In this document: piece after piece, positions 56,447 to 64,000 of the stretch
Position numbering within the stretch: position 1 is the stretch's first letter
Layout of the letters: every line of letters starts with the position of its first letter
Source: Gammaproteobacteria bacterium
GTDB taxonomy: Bacteria; Pseudomonadota; Gammaproteobacteria; SZUA-140
DNA length: 64,000 bases
Assembly (NCBI GenBank): GCA_034002745.1
Contig: JAVEZY010000006.1
Span: 12,667 to 76,666, forward strand
Direction of reading: 5' to 3'
The notes under the pieces: model-generated
The model's input: only the letters and a program-made list of their open reading frames with translations
Told to the model about the DNA's origin: nothing
The model's database searches: none
Position numbers and translations under genes: made by a program

Positions 56447-56932
56447 ATGTTCAAGAGATCCGAAAAAGGCGATATGCGCGATACCAATACATCGACTGCC
56501 TCGAACATCGATCGTTCGATCCAGGAACCACGCGTTCACGCGACCATCGGTTCGACCATCCACATCAAGGGAGATGTAAGCGGCGACGAGAATCTCACCA
56601 TCGACGGCACGGTGGAGGGCACGATCGCTGTCAGGCAGCACAGCCTTCAGGTGGGAAAGAACGGCCGCCTGCAGGCTGACGTACACGCCAAGGTGATCCG
56701 CATCGAAGGCCATGTCGATGGCAACCTGCACGCCGAGGAGCAGGTGGTCATTCGCGCCAGCGGTGTGGTTCGAGGCAACATCGTGTCTCCGCGACTGACC
56801 ATGGAAGACGGATGCTCCTTCAAGGGCAGCGTCGACATGGAGGGCCGCGGCGAACGCAAGGCTGTGACGCCGGACAAACCGGCCACCGCGAGCGATGCCA
56901 GCCAGCCTGAACGGATCGCGGCCGCCAGCTGA
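56447..56932 (+). CDS. Bactofilin (polymer-forming cytoskeletal protein)
   Basis: ATIGSTIHIKGDVSGDENLTIDGTVEGTI, VIRIEGHVDGNL, VVRGNIVSPRLTMEDGCSFKGSV. Confidence 0.93.
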   Translation: MFKRSEKGDMRDTNTSTASNIDRSIQEPRVHATIGSTIHIKGDVSGDENLTIDGTVEGTIAVRQHSLQVGKNGRLQADVHAKVIRIEGHVDGNLHAEEQVVIRASGVVRGNIVSPRLTMEDGCSFKGSVDMEGRGERKAVTPDKPATASDASQPERIAAAS

Positions 56933-57549
56933 TGGCGCGCGGGACCATAGCGGTGAAAGGCGCAGTGCCGGATGCTGCGCCTTTCGCCTCCCTCGCGCTG
57001 CAGGCCGTAACGGAAAGGCTCGATGGCGGCGCGGATCATTGCGTGCTCGATCTCGGCCCCGGCATCGGCGTCAATATCGAGTTCTGCCTGCGCATCGCTT
57101 CCCACGTGCAGGTCGCTGACCTGTACGATGCCCTGTCCACTTCCATGCTCGGCGCGTGTTCCCAGGGCAGCGAACGCGCCTGCTGCCCGGTGTTCCCGGA
57201 GTTGCTTCCCGCCCCGCCGGGACGACGCGCAGACCTGGTTCTGGCGTGGACACTGCTGGACTATATCGATCAGGATGATCTGCCACGATTGGCGCAACAC
57301 CTCCGCGCGATCGGTGCGCCGGGCCTGCTCATGCACGCGCTGGTTTCGACACGTACGCGCATCCCGCGCCTGCCGACGCTCTTTCGCATCGAACCGCACG
57401 GTCTGCTCGCCCTGCCACGGACCGACGAGGAATGCGAAGGACCAAGACAAGGCCAGGTGCGCCTTCTCGAACGCCTCCCCGGCTTCCGCGTCGTTCGCAG
57501 TGTGCTGCTGCGCAACGGGCTACAAGAGTACCTGTTCGCACTGAAGTGA
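56932..57549 (+). CDS. SAM-methyltransferase-fold protein coupled to bactofilin
   Basis: VLDLGPG motif I, DLVLAWTLLDYI, LLRNGLQEYLF; TGATG overlap. Confidence 0.7.
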   Translation: MARGTIAVKGAVPDAAPFASLALQAVTERLDGGADHCVLDLGPGIGVNIEFCLRIASHVQVADLYDALSTSMLGACSQGSERACCPVFPELLPAPPGRRADLVLAWTLLDYIDQDDLPRLAQHLRAIGAPGLLMHALVSTRTRIPRLPTLFRIEPHGLLALPRTDEECEGPRQGQVRLLERLPGFRVVRSVLLRNGLQEYLFALK

Positions 57550-57787
57550 TCGCAAAGGACGATCTTCACGCCAATTGGGCAAGAATCCGCACGCTGCCTG
57601 CGCTGACCGCTGCGATCGGCGATGAATGAAAGCCCTCCGGGGAATGACCAACCGATCATTCTCGCCCTCGCAGGCGCCATTTTCCAACCTCGCTGAACTC
57701 CCGCTGCGCTTGACATCACCATCGCGATCTCCCATCGTAAGCCGCGATCGTTTCCGATCGTTCATTTACTCGCAGAGGAGCATCCCC

Positions 57788-59026
57788 GTGACCCGGTTCC
57801 CCCCTATTTTATGTACGGCGTTGGCATTTGGTGCGGCCACATCCTGCGCCATCGCGGAGGAGCACCGCTCCTGGTATATCGCACCGGCGCTCAACTACGT
57901 CATCGCCGATGATGATCGCAGCGCCGACGACGACTTCGGCTTCCAGATCGGTATTGGCCGTGAAATCGGCCAGCGCTGGAACCTCGAACTCAACCTGGAA
58001 GCCGACAATCTCGACATCGAAGACGGCGCCGGCGCCTTCCAGCAGCGCGGTGTCTCTCTCAATGGCCTGTATTTCTTCAGCCGCGAGCGTGCCTTCGCCC
58101 CCTACGCCCTCATCGGCGCCGGTGCGTTGCACAATCGCCTGCCTGGCGACAACGCCACGAACCTCATGGCAAACGCCGGCGTCGGCTTCCTGACGAGTGC
58201 GGGCAGCAAGATGAGTCTGCGCGGCGAAGCGCGTTATCGCTGGGATACGGACAATGACACCATTCCCAGCGAAGACGACGGCTTCGGCGACTGGGTGGTG
58301 AGCCTGGGCCTGCACATTCCCTTCGGGCGCAGTTCCGCGGCGCCTGAGCCTGCTCCGGCTCCCGCACCTGTGGCGGCGCCGGTCGTCGAGCCGGAACCGA
58401 CGCCAGTGGTCGCGGATTCCGACGGCGACGGTGTCCCCGATGACCGTGACGAGTGCCCCGGTACGCGCGCCGGCGCAGCGGTGGATTCACGCGGCTGCGA
58501 ACCCGACGGCGACGGCGACGGCGTGCCGAATGCCGATGATCGCTGCCCCAACACCCCCGCAGGCGCCAAGGTAGACGCATTTGGCTGCGAGTTCGACAGT
58601 GATGGCGATGGCGTAGTCGACCGCCTCGATCGCTGCCCGGATACCGCCGCTGGCGTCAGGGTGGACGTGCGCGGATGCGAGATCAAGGAAGTCATCTCGC
58701 TGCAGGGCGTGAATTTCGAAACTTCTTCGGCCCGCCTGATCGGAGATTCCACGGCCACTCTGGATGAGACCGCCGAAACGCTGCTCAAGCATCCGGACAT
58801 CACCGCCGAAGTCGGCGGCCACTCCGACATCACAGGGCCGCGCGACTTCAATCTCCGGCTGTCACAGCAGCGCGCGGAGAGCGTCAGGGACTACCTGATT
58901 TCCAAGGGTGTCGCCGCCGATCGCCTCACCGCCGTCGGCTATGGTCCGGATCGGCCGGTGGCAGACAACGCCACCCCCGAAGGCCGGGCAGCGAATCGCC
59001 GGGTCGAACTGCAGCTCAACAAGTAA
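57788..59026 (+). CDS. OmpA/OprF-family outer-membrane protein with thrombospondin type-3 Ca-binding repeats
   Basis: Signal peptide, beta-barrel, PA-rich linker, DSDGDGVPDDRDECP-type repeats x3, VNFETSSA, GHSD…NLRLSQQRAESV, NRRVE. Confidence 0.93.
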   Translation: MTRFPPILCTALAFGAATSCAIAEEHRSWYIAPALNYVIADDDRSADDDFGFQIGIGREIGQRWNLELNLEADNLDIEDGAGAFQQRGVSLNGLYFFSRERAFAPYALIGAGALHNRLPGDNATNLMANAGVGFLTSAGSKMSLRGEARYRWDTDNDTIPSEDDGFGDWVVSLGLHIPFGRSSAAPEPAPAPAPVAAPVVEPEPTPVVADSDGDGVPDDRDECPGTRAGAAVDSRGCEPDGDGDGVPNADDRCPNTPAGAKVDAFGCEFDSDGDGVVDRLDRCPDTAAGVRVDVRGCEIKEVISLQGVNFETSSARLIGDSTATLDETAETLLKHPDITAEVGGHSDITGPRDFNLRLSQQRAESVRDYLISKGVAADRLTAVGYGPDRPVADNATPEGRAANRRVELQLNK

Positions 59027-59038
59027 GCGGAATGAGGC

Positions 59039-59071
59039 GCATCCGCTCCCCGCCACTGCGGGGAGTGGATG
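59039..59071. terminator. Bidirectional hairpin between ompA and the hybrid kinase
   Basis: GCATCCGCTCCC…GGGAGTGGATGC. Confidence 0.55.
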
Positions 59072-59077
59072 CGCACC

Positions 59078-61621
59078 TCAGACCTTTCTTTCCCCCGCCT
59101 CCTCCAGCAACTTCATCAGGGCGGAGATCTCCACCGGCTTCACCAGGTGATGATCGAAACCGGCCTCCATGCTTCGCCGCCGGTCGCCCTCCTGCCCCCA
59201 GCCAGTCAGGGCAATCACCAGCATGTCCCGGCCCCAAGGGGACGCTCGCAGGCGACGACACACTTCGCAGCCATCGAGATCCGGCATGCCGATATCCAGC
59301 AGCACCACGTCGGGGCGCAGGCGTTCGGCGGCCTCCAGTGCGCTCCTGCCATCATGGGCCGTCCAGACCTGATTGCCCGTCACCTGAAGCAGCACCGCGA
59401 GGCTGTCCGCGCTGTCCCTGAGATCATCGACCACCAGGACACGCAGCGCATTGGCCCTGGAAGCATCCTTTGCGTAAGTCGTACTGGTTGCCCCCGCGTC
59501 ATCCATGCTGGTCGCAAGCGGCAGCCGCACGATGAACTCGCTACCCCTGTCCACCCCGTCGCGGCGCAGATCGATCGTGCCGCCGTGCAACTCGACGAGC
59601 GCCCGGGCAAGCGGCAGCCCGATTCCGAGTCCACCTTCGGCGCGTTCGAGCGAACCGCTGCCGCGCGCAAACATGCCGAAGATCTGGCTGCTCATCGCCG
59701 GAGGGACGCCGACGCCGCTGTCCTTCACCGACACCAGCAACTCGTCTCCTTCCCGCACCGCGCTGAACTCTATGCAGCCACCGGCCGGCGTGTACTTGGC
59801 GGCATTGCTGAGCAGATTGGAAAATACCTGCGCCAGCCGCACCGCATCGGCATCCATCCACACGGCCTCCTCCGGCATCGAGACGATGAGACGATGCCCT
59901 CGCTGCTCGATCAGCGGCCGGATGGCCTCCAGCGCGCTCTGCACCGGCGTCGCCAGATCGATCCGTTCCGGGCGTAACTCGAGCTTGTTGTAGGAAATAC
60001 GCGACACATCCAGCAGATCCTCGAGCAGGCGTGTCATGTGTCTGACCTGCCGATCGATCACCTCCTGGGGCACGCGCGGATCGACGCCGGAGTCGGGCCC
60101 CAGTCGCAGGATTTCGATCGCATTGCGTATCGGCGCCAGCGGATTGCGCAACTCGTGCGCCAGCGTGGCAAGGAACTCGTCCTTGCGCTGGTCCGCCGCG
60201 CGCAGCGCGTCCTCGAAGCGCTTGCGCTCGGTCATGTCGATCATCGCACCCAGCGCGCCACGCACGCGTCCGTCGTCATCGAACAGCGGCACGGCGGTGA
60301 TGTACTCGAAGCGCACACTGTCGGCCAGGACGACTTCGAGCACCTCGCCCAGAATCGGCTTGCCGGTCCGCGCAGCGCGCTGCATCGGCATCTCCTCCGG
60401 CGCGACGGGCTGTCCGTCCCGCCGCACTCTGTATGGCAAACGATCGCGCTGATCACCAGTACGCGAGGGATTCCTGTGCACGGGCAGACCGAGCACCGCC
60501 GCCGCCGCAGGATTCATGCTCATGTGCCGGCACTGCGGATCATGAGCCACCAGCACGCCGATGGGCAGCACCTCGAGCAGGGCATCGAGTTCCTCCGCCC
60601 TGCGGCGAAGATCGTTGCGGAGCGCGATGAAGCGCTCCTCTCCCCGCTTGCGCTCGGTGATATCCACGCACAGGCCAAGCATCCGCTCCGGTTCGCCATC
60701 CTCGTCGAGGAATGGCCTGCCGCGCGCCTCCACCCAGTGGATGCTGCCATCCGGCCACACGATCCGGTACTCCATGTGGTGCTCGACATTGCGCGCGACC
60801 GCCCGGCGAATGGATGCGAGCACATTCTCGCGATCCTCCGGATGTATGTCTTCCCTGTAGGCCGAGAAGGTGCCCGGAAAGGATCCGGGCCTCAGCCCAT
60901 GGATGAGTTCGAGGCTTGGCGACCACTCCATGCGTCCGCTGCCGATCGTCCACTCCCAGGTGCCCGTGCGCGTGGCTTCGAGCGCGAAACGGAGCCGGTT
61001 TTCGCTGTCGCGCAGGGCGCTTTCCGCGCGCTTGCGGGCCGACAATTCGCGCCGGATCCGCTCCGCATTGTCCCGCAGCCGGTCCTGCGCCATTTGCCGC
61101 TCTATGGCGAGCGCCAGATGACGGGCGATCGCGCTGGCGACCTCGATCTCGCTCGGATCGAGCGTCCGCTTCGTGCGAAATCCGGCTACGAGTTCACCAA
61201 GCAGTGCGAGGTCCATGACGAGCGGCACCAGGCAGAGTGAGGCCATGCCCTCGCGCCGCATCGATTCCAGCAACCTTGGATCCACGTCCGACCGGCTGCA
61301 CACGCATATCGGACCGGCTCCATGAACGGCGCGCAGCCGCGGAACGGTTTCACTCAGGATATGGCCGCCCTCGGCGGAAACATCGATGGCTGCCGCGCAA
61401 CGCCAGCCGCGCTCCTCGTCACCAAGCAGCAGAGAGACGCAATCGCAATCGAGCGCCGAGCGTGTGGCTTCGGCGGCTTCGGCGTAGAGGCTGGAGAGGG
61501 AATCCGCCCGATACATGCGTTCGAGCAGACGATAGAGCGCCTCCAGATGCCGTGCGCGCTCATGCGGCGTCTGGCCGAACCGTGTCCTTGCGGTGTCCTC
61601 CTGAGGAGAAGACACTGACAT
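59078..61621 (-). CDS. Cytoplasmic hybrid histidine kinase (GAF-PAS-PAS-HisKA-HATPase-REC)
   Basis: GAF, PAS (IHPEDR, WPDGSIHWVEARG), FLATLAHELRNPLAPI, NLLSNAAKY, GGLGIGL, REC VLLDIGMPDLDG. No TM. Confidence 0.92.
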   Translation of the reverse strand: MSVSSPQEDTARTRFGQTPHERARHLEALYRLLERMYRADSLSSLYAEAAEATRSALDCDCVSLLLGDEERGWRCAAAIDVSAEGGHILSETVPRLRAVHGAGPICVCSRSDVDPRLLESMRREGMASLCLVPLVMDLALLGELVAGFRTKRTLDPSEIEVASAIARHLALAIERQMAQDRLRDNAERIRRELSARKRAESALRDSENRLRFALEATRTGTWEWTIGSGRMEWSPSLELIHGLRPGSFPGTFSAYREDIHPEDRENVLASIRRAVARNVEHHMEYRIVWPDGSIHWVEARGRPFLDEDGEPERMLGLCVDITERKRGEERFIALRNDLRRRAEELDALLEVLPIGVLVAHDPQCRHMSMNPAAAAVLGLPVHRNPSRTGDQRDRLPYRVRRDGQPVAPEEMPMQRAARTGKPILGEVLEVVLADSVRFEYITAVPLFDDDGRVRGALGAMIDMTERKRFEDALRAADQRKDEFLATLAHELRNPLAPIRNAIEILRLGPDSGVDPRVPQEVIDRQVRHMTRLLEDLLDVSRISYNKLELRPERIDLATPVQSALEAIRPLIEQRGHRLIVSMPEEAVWMDADAVRLAQVFSNLLSNAAKYTPAGGCIEFSAVREGDELLVSVKDSGVGVPPAMSSQIFGMFARGSGSLERAEGGLGIGLPLARALVELHGGTIDLRRDGVDRGSEFIVRLPLATSMDDAGATSTTYAKDASRANALRVLVVDDLRDSADSLAVLLQVTGNQVWTAHDGRSALEAAERLRPDVVLLDIGMPDLDGCEVCRRLRASPWGRDMLVIALTGWGQEGDRRRSMEAGFDHHLVKPVEISALMKLLEEAGERKV

Positions 61622-61762
61622 GGGTTCATCTCCGGAAGCGAGATTTTCACATACTACCATCGAGTGAACCCCTACGGAATCCACGCACTCCCACCAAGTG
61701 TTTGTGGAAATCGGAACTTTGCCCGGGACGGCGGCATGGTCATCCCCCCCGGCGGCCCTCAC

Positions 61763-62203
61763 TCACTGCGCTTCGACTGGCCATTCCGGCACGCCGCATT
61801 CGGGGCAGCGCATCTCCAGCATCCGCACCAGATCGATGATCCGCTCGTGATCCGGCGTTCCGCTGAACACACCTTCGACCACGCCATAGGCATCGGTCAC
61901 CACCGTCGCCGGGGCGGCGCCTACATACTGTCGCGTGGCCGCTCCGTCATCCGCGAGCACCGGAAACGGAACCCCCGGTGGTTCGCCGTCGCCCGGTTCG
62001 CGCGCATGCACCACCGCCAACACCCGGGCGTTCGCCGAGCGATAGCTGTCTATCCTGTCGGCAAAGCCTTCGATCATGGAGTCGTCGGTTCCGGCAAACA
62101 CCAGGACCAGCGGATGCTCGTGCTTGCATCTCCAGGTCGACACCAGCGCCCCACCCCGATCGCGCAACTCGAGTACCGGCAACTCCCGATGCAAAACGAT
62201 CAT
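61763..62203 (-). CDS. Redoxin/AhpC-TSA-like thioredoxin-fold protein with C-terminal CPEC motif
   Basis: LPVLELRD, LVLVF, FPVLAD, VVTDAYG, then RCPECGVPEW; no N-terminal peroxidatic motif. Confidence 0.65.
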   Translation of the reverse strand: MIVLHRELPVLELRDRGGALVSTWRCKHEHPLVLVFAGTDDSMIEGFADRIDSYRSANARVLAVVHAREPGDGEPPGVPFPVLADDGAATRQYVGAAPATVVTDAYGVVEGVFSGTPDHERIIDLVRMLEMRCPECGVPEWPVEAQ

Positions 62204-62455
62204 GAGTTCCTCCCGCGGACGCCTGCGTCCGCATCGATTGCGTTCACTGGATTAGACAGTCCGCGCGCGATCGACTCATCCACGGAAGAATCGATCGACG
62301 CCGCATCCCCGTACGTGGATCTACATAGGCCGGACAATTCCGCATTACGTCGTTCGCCGCAGGTGGATACAATCATCCACTCTCGGGATCGCGGCAGGAC
62401 GCCGGCTCGATCAGCACTGCCGCGAAAGTTCTTGCTCCAGCAGGACGATCGACAC

Positions 62456-64000
62456 ATGCCCCAGCTACTCGATCTCGTCCATCTTTCCGTCGGTTCGCTC
62501 CTGTGCAGCGTGACGCTGCTCGTCTTCGCCGGCCATCGGGTGCGAATCGGGCATCCGGCGCTGTCAGTGGCATGTCTGGCGTTCGTGGTCTGCTTCGCCT
62601 ACGGCGCGGTGACGACGGCGACAGGAAGGCCGCCGGATGCGGCTGCGATCGTCGTCGCGCTGCTGGCCGGATTTACCGTCATCGCCTGCTCTCCCAACTG
62701 GAACGCGATCGGGCAGACGTGCTTTGCCAGCGTCATCGTCTGGGTGTTCAGTTATCTCGCCTACGTGACGCAGGTGACTACCGCCTCATCGCCCGGATCG
62801 CTGGCGCTGGCCTTCGCGCTCCTGCTGATGATGCTCGTATCGGCATCATTGCTGCTGATGGTGGCGCACGCCTTCGAGGTGATCGACGTGCTGTGCCGGA
62901 TACGATGGAATCGTCGCTTCACGCCCGGGCCGGTTCCGGGGTACACGCCGAAGGTTTCCCTGCACGTACCGGCGTACAACGAGCCGCCGGAACTGGTGAT
63001 CCGCACACTCAACGCGCTCGCCGCGCTCGACTATCCGAACTTCGAAGTCATCGTCATCGACGACAACACGCGCGATCCGGCGGTGTGGCGTCCGGTGCAG
63101 GAACATTGCCGGCGGCTGGGATTCCGCTTCTTTCATCTCGAGAACTGGCCCGGCTACAAGTCGGGGGCGCTCAATCATGCGCTGGCGCACGTCACCCCCG
63201 ACACCGAAGTGATCGGCGTCGTCGATGCGGACTACATCGTGGAAAGCAGCTATCTGCGCGACCTCGTCGGATTCTTCGTAAATCCGAATGTGGCGTTCGT
63301 ACAGACGCCGCAGGACTATCGCGATGTCGATGCCCGGGGATACCAGTCCGCGCTCTACCGCTCATACCAGTACTTCTTCAAACTGTCGATGGCCTCGCGC
63401 AATGAGCGCAATGGCATCATCTTCACCGGCACCATGGGCCTGATCCGCAGGAGCGCGCTGGAAAGGGTCGGCGGCTGGGACGAATGGTGCATCACCGAAG
63501 ATGCCGAAGTCGCGCTCAAGATGCTCAACCTCGGTCACGAATCCGTCTTCGTCGATCGCTCGTACGGACGGGGTCTGATGCCGCTCGACTTCGAAGGGTT
63601 GCGCAGGCAGCGCTTTCGCTGGGCCTTCGGTGGCATGCAGGTCCTGCGTCTGCACTGGAAGAAGCTGCTGCCCGGATCGCGCCTCTGGAACCGGAGCGGG
63701 CGTCTGACCTTCGCCCAGAAATTCGATTACTGGTCCGGAGCACTGCAATGGCTCAACGATCCGCTGACGTTTCTTTTCACCAGCATCCTTCTGCTGTGCG
63801 CTGTCAGCTACACACTGGGTCAGGCCCTGCTGCTGCAGCCGATCGCGGCGAGCGCGGTATTCATGCCCTTCCTGTTCATCACCTTCGGCATTCTCAAGAT
63901 GCTTTGGGCATTGCGTCTCCGCCTGCAGTGCTCGCTGGCGGATGCGCATCGCGCCTTTCTCATCCTGCTGAGCCTCACCTGGGTGGTTACCATGGCCTGC
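62456..64000 (+). CDS. Processive family-2 glycosyltransferase (NdvB/cellulose-synthase-like), 3' truncated by the window edge
   Basis: Frame is open from ATG 62456 to the window end, so it is missing from the ORF track. N-terminal TMs, VSLHVPAYNEPP, IDDN, KSGALN, VDADY, QTPQDY, ITED, RQRFRW. Confidence 0.92.
   Translation, partial: MPQLLDLVHLSVGSLLCSVTLLVFAGHRVRIGHPALSVACLAFVVCFAYGAVTTATGRPPDAAAIVVALLAGFTVIACSPNWNAIGQTCFASVIVWVFSYLAYVTQVTTASSPGSLALAFALLLMMLVSASLLLMVAHAFEVIDVLCRIRWNRRFTPGPVPGYTPKVSLHVPAYNEPPELVIRTLNALAALDYPNFEVIVIDDNTRDPAVWRPVQEHCRRLGFRFFHLENWPGYKSGALNHALAHVTPDTEVIGVVDADYIVESSYLRDLVGFFVNPNVAFVQTPQDYRDVDARGYQSALYRSYQYFFKLSMASRNERNGIIFTGTMGLIRRSALERVGGWDEWCITEDAEVALKMLNLGHESVFVDRSYGRGLMPLDFEGLRRQRFRWAFGGMQVLRLHWKKLLPGSRLWNRSGRLTFAQKFDYWSGALQWLNDPLTFLFTSILLLCAVSYTLGQALLLQPIAASAVFMPFLFITFGILKMLWALRLRLQCSLADAHRAFLILLSLTWVVTMAC

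Noticed and set aside
61763-62203. Selenocysteine recoding in the redoxin or other Cys-motif proteins
   Set aside because: No in-frame TGA at a catalytic position with continued homology was seen.
62276-62381. Replication origin (DnaA box cluster)
   Set aside because: Matches are only 6-7 of 9, there is no AT-rich unwinding element, and no dnaA, gidA or parAB context.

Overview
GC-rich, gene-dense window that looks gammaproteobacterial (sthA, glrK-qseG-glrR-like genes, acrAB-type pump, piuC). It is mostly accessory stress, signalling and envelope genes. It holds about 55 supportable CDS, two tRNAs (Ala-CGC 391-466 +, Leu-TAG 25631-25715 -), no rRNA, no CRISPR array and no intact mobile element. 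Directly behind tRNA-Ala is what looks like the scar of an integrative element: an IHF-like site, arm-type repeats, a possible integrase start, then a decayed IS3-family end. The most interesting uncharacterised modules are: (i) a TonB-dependent receptor / YfiR / CHASE8-HAMP histidine kinase / receiver set, resembling a YfiBNR-type trans-envelope relay with different input and output; (ii) an overlapping operon of C39-like peptidase, RLAN-RimK ATP-grasp ligase, GCS2 ligase and N-formylglutamate amidohydrolase; (iii) a GlrK-QseG-GlrR system where two secreted EF-hand microproteins and a small lipoprotein sit in the glmY position, behind a sigma54-like promoter with two GlrR-like sites; (iv) a Cfa-methylase plus geranylgeranyl-reductase-like pair; (v) a sigma54-promoter bactofilin-methyltransferase pair; (vi) a Fur-boxed receptor / PiuC / alpha-hydroxy-acid oxidase triad. 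Two families of short intergenic repeats recur, and some supply the C-termini of neighbouring genes. All family calls come from motif recognition by eye; no searches were run.
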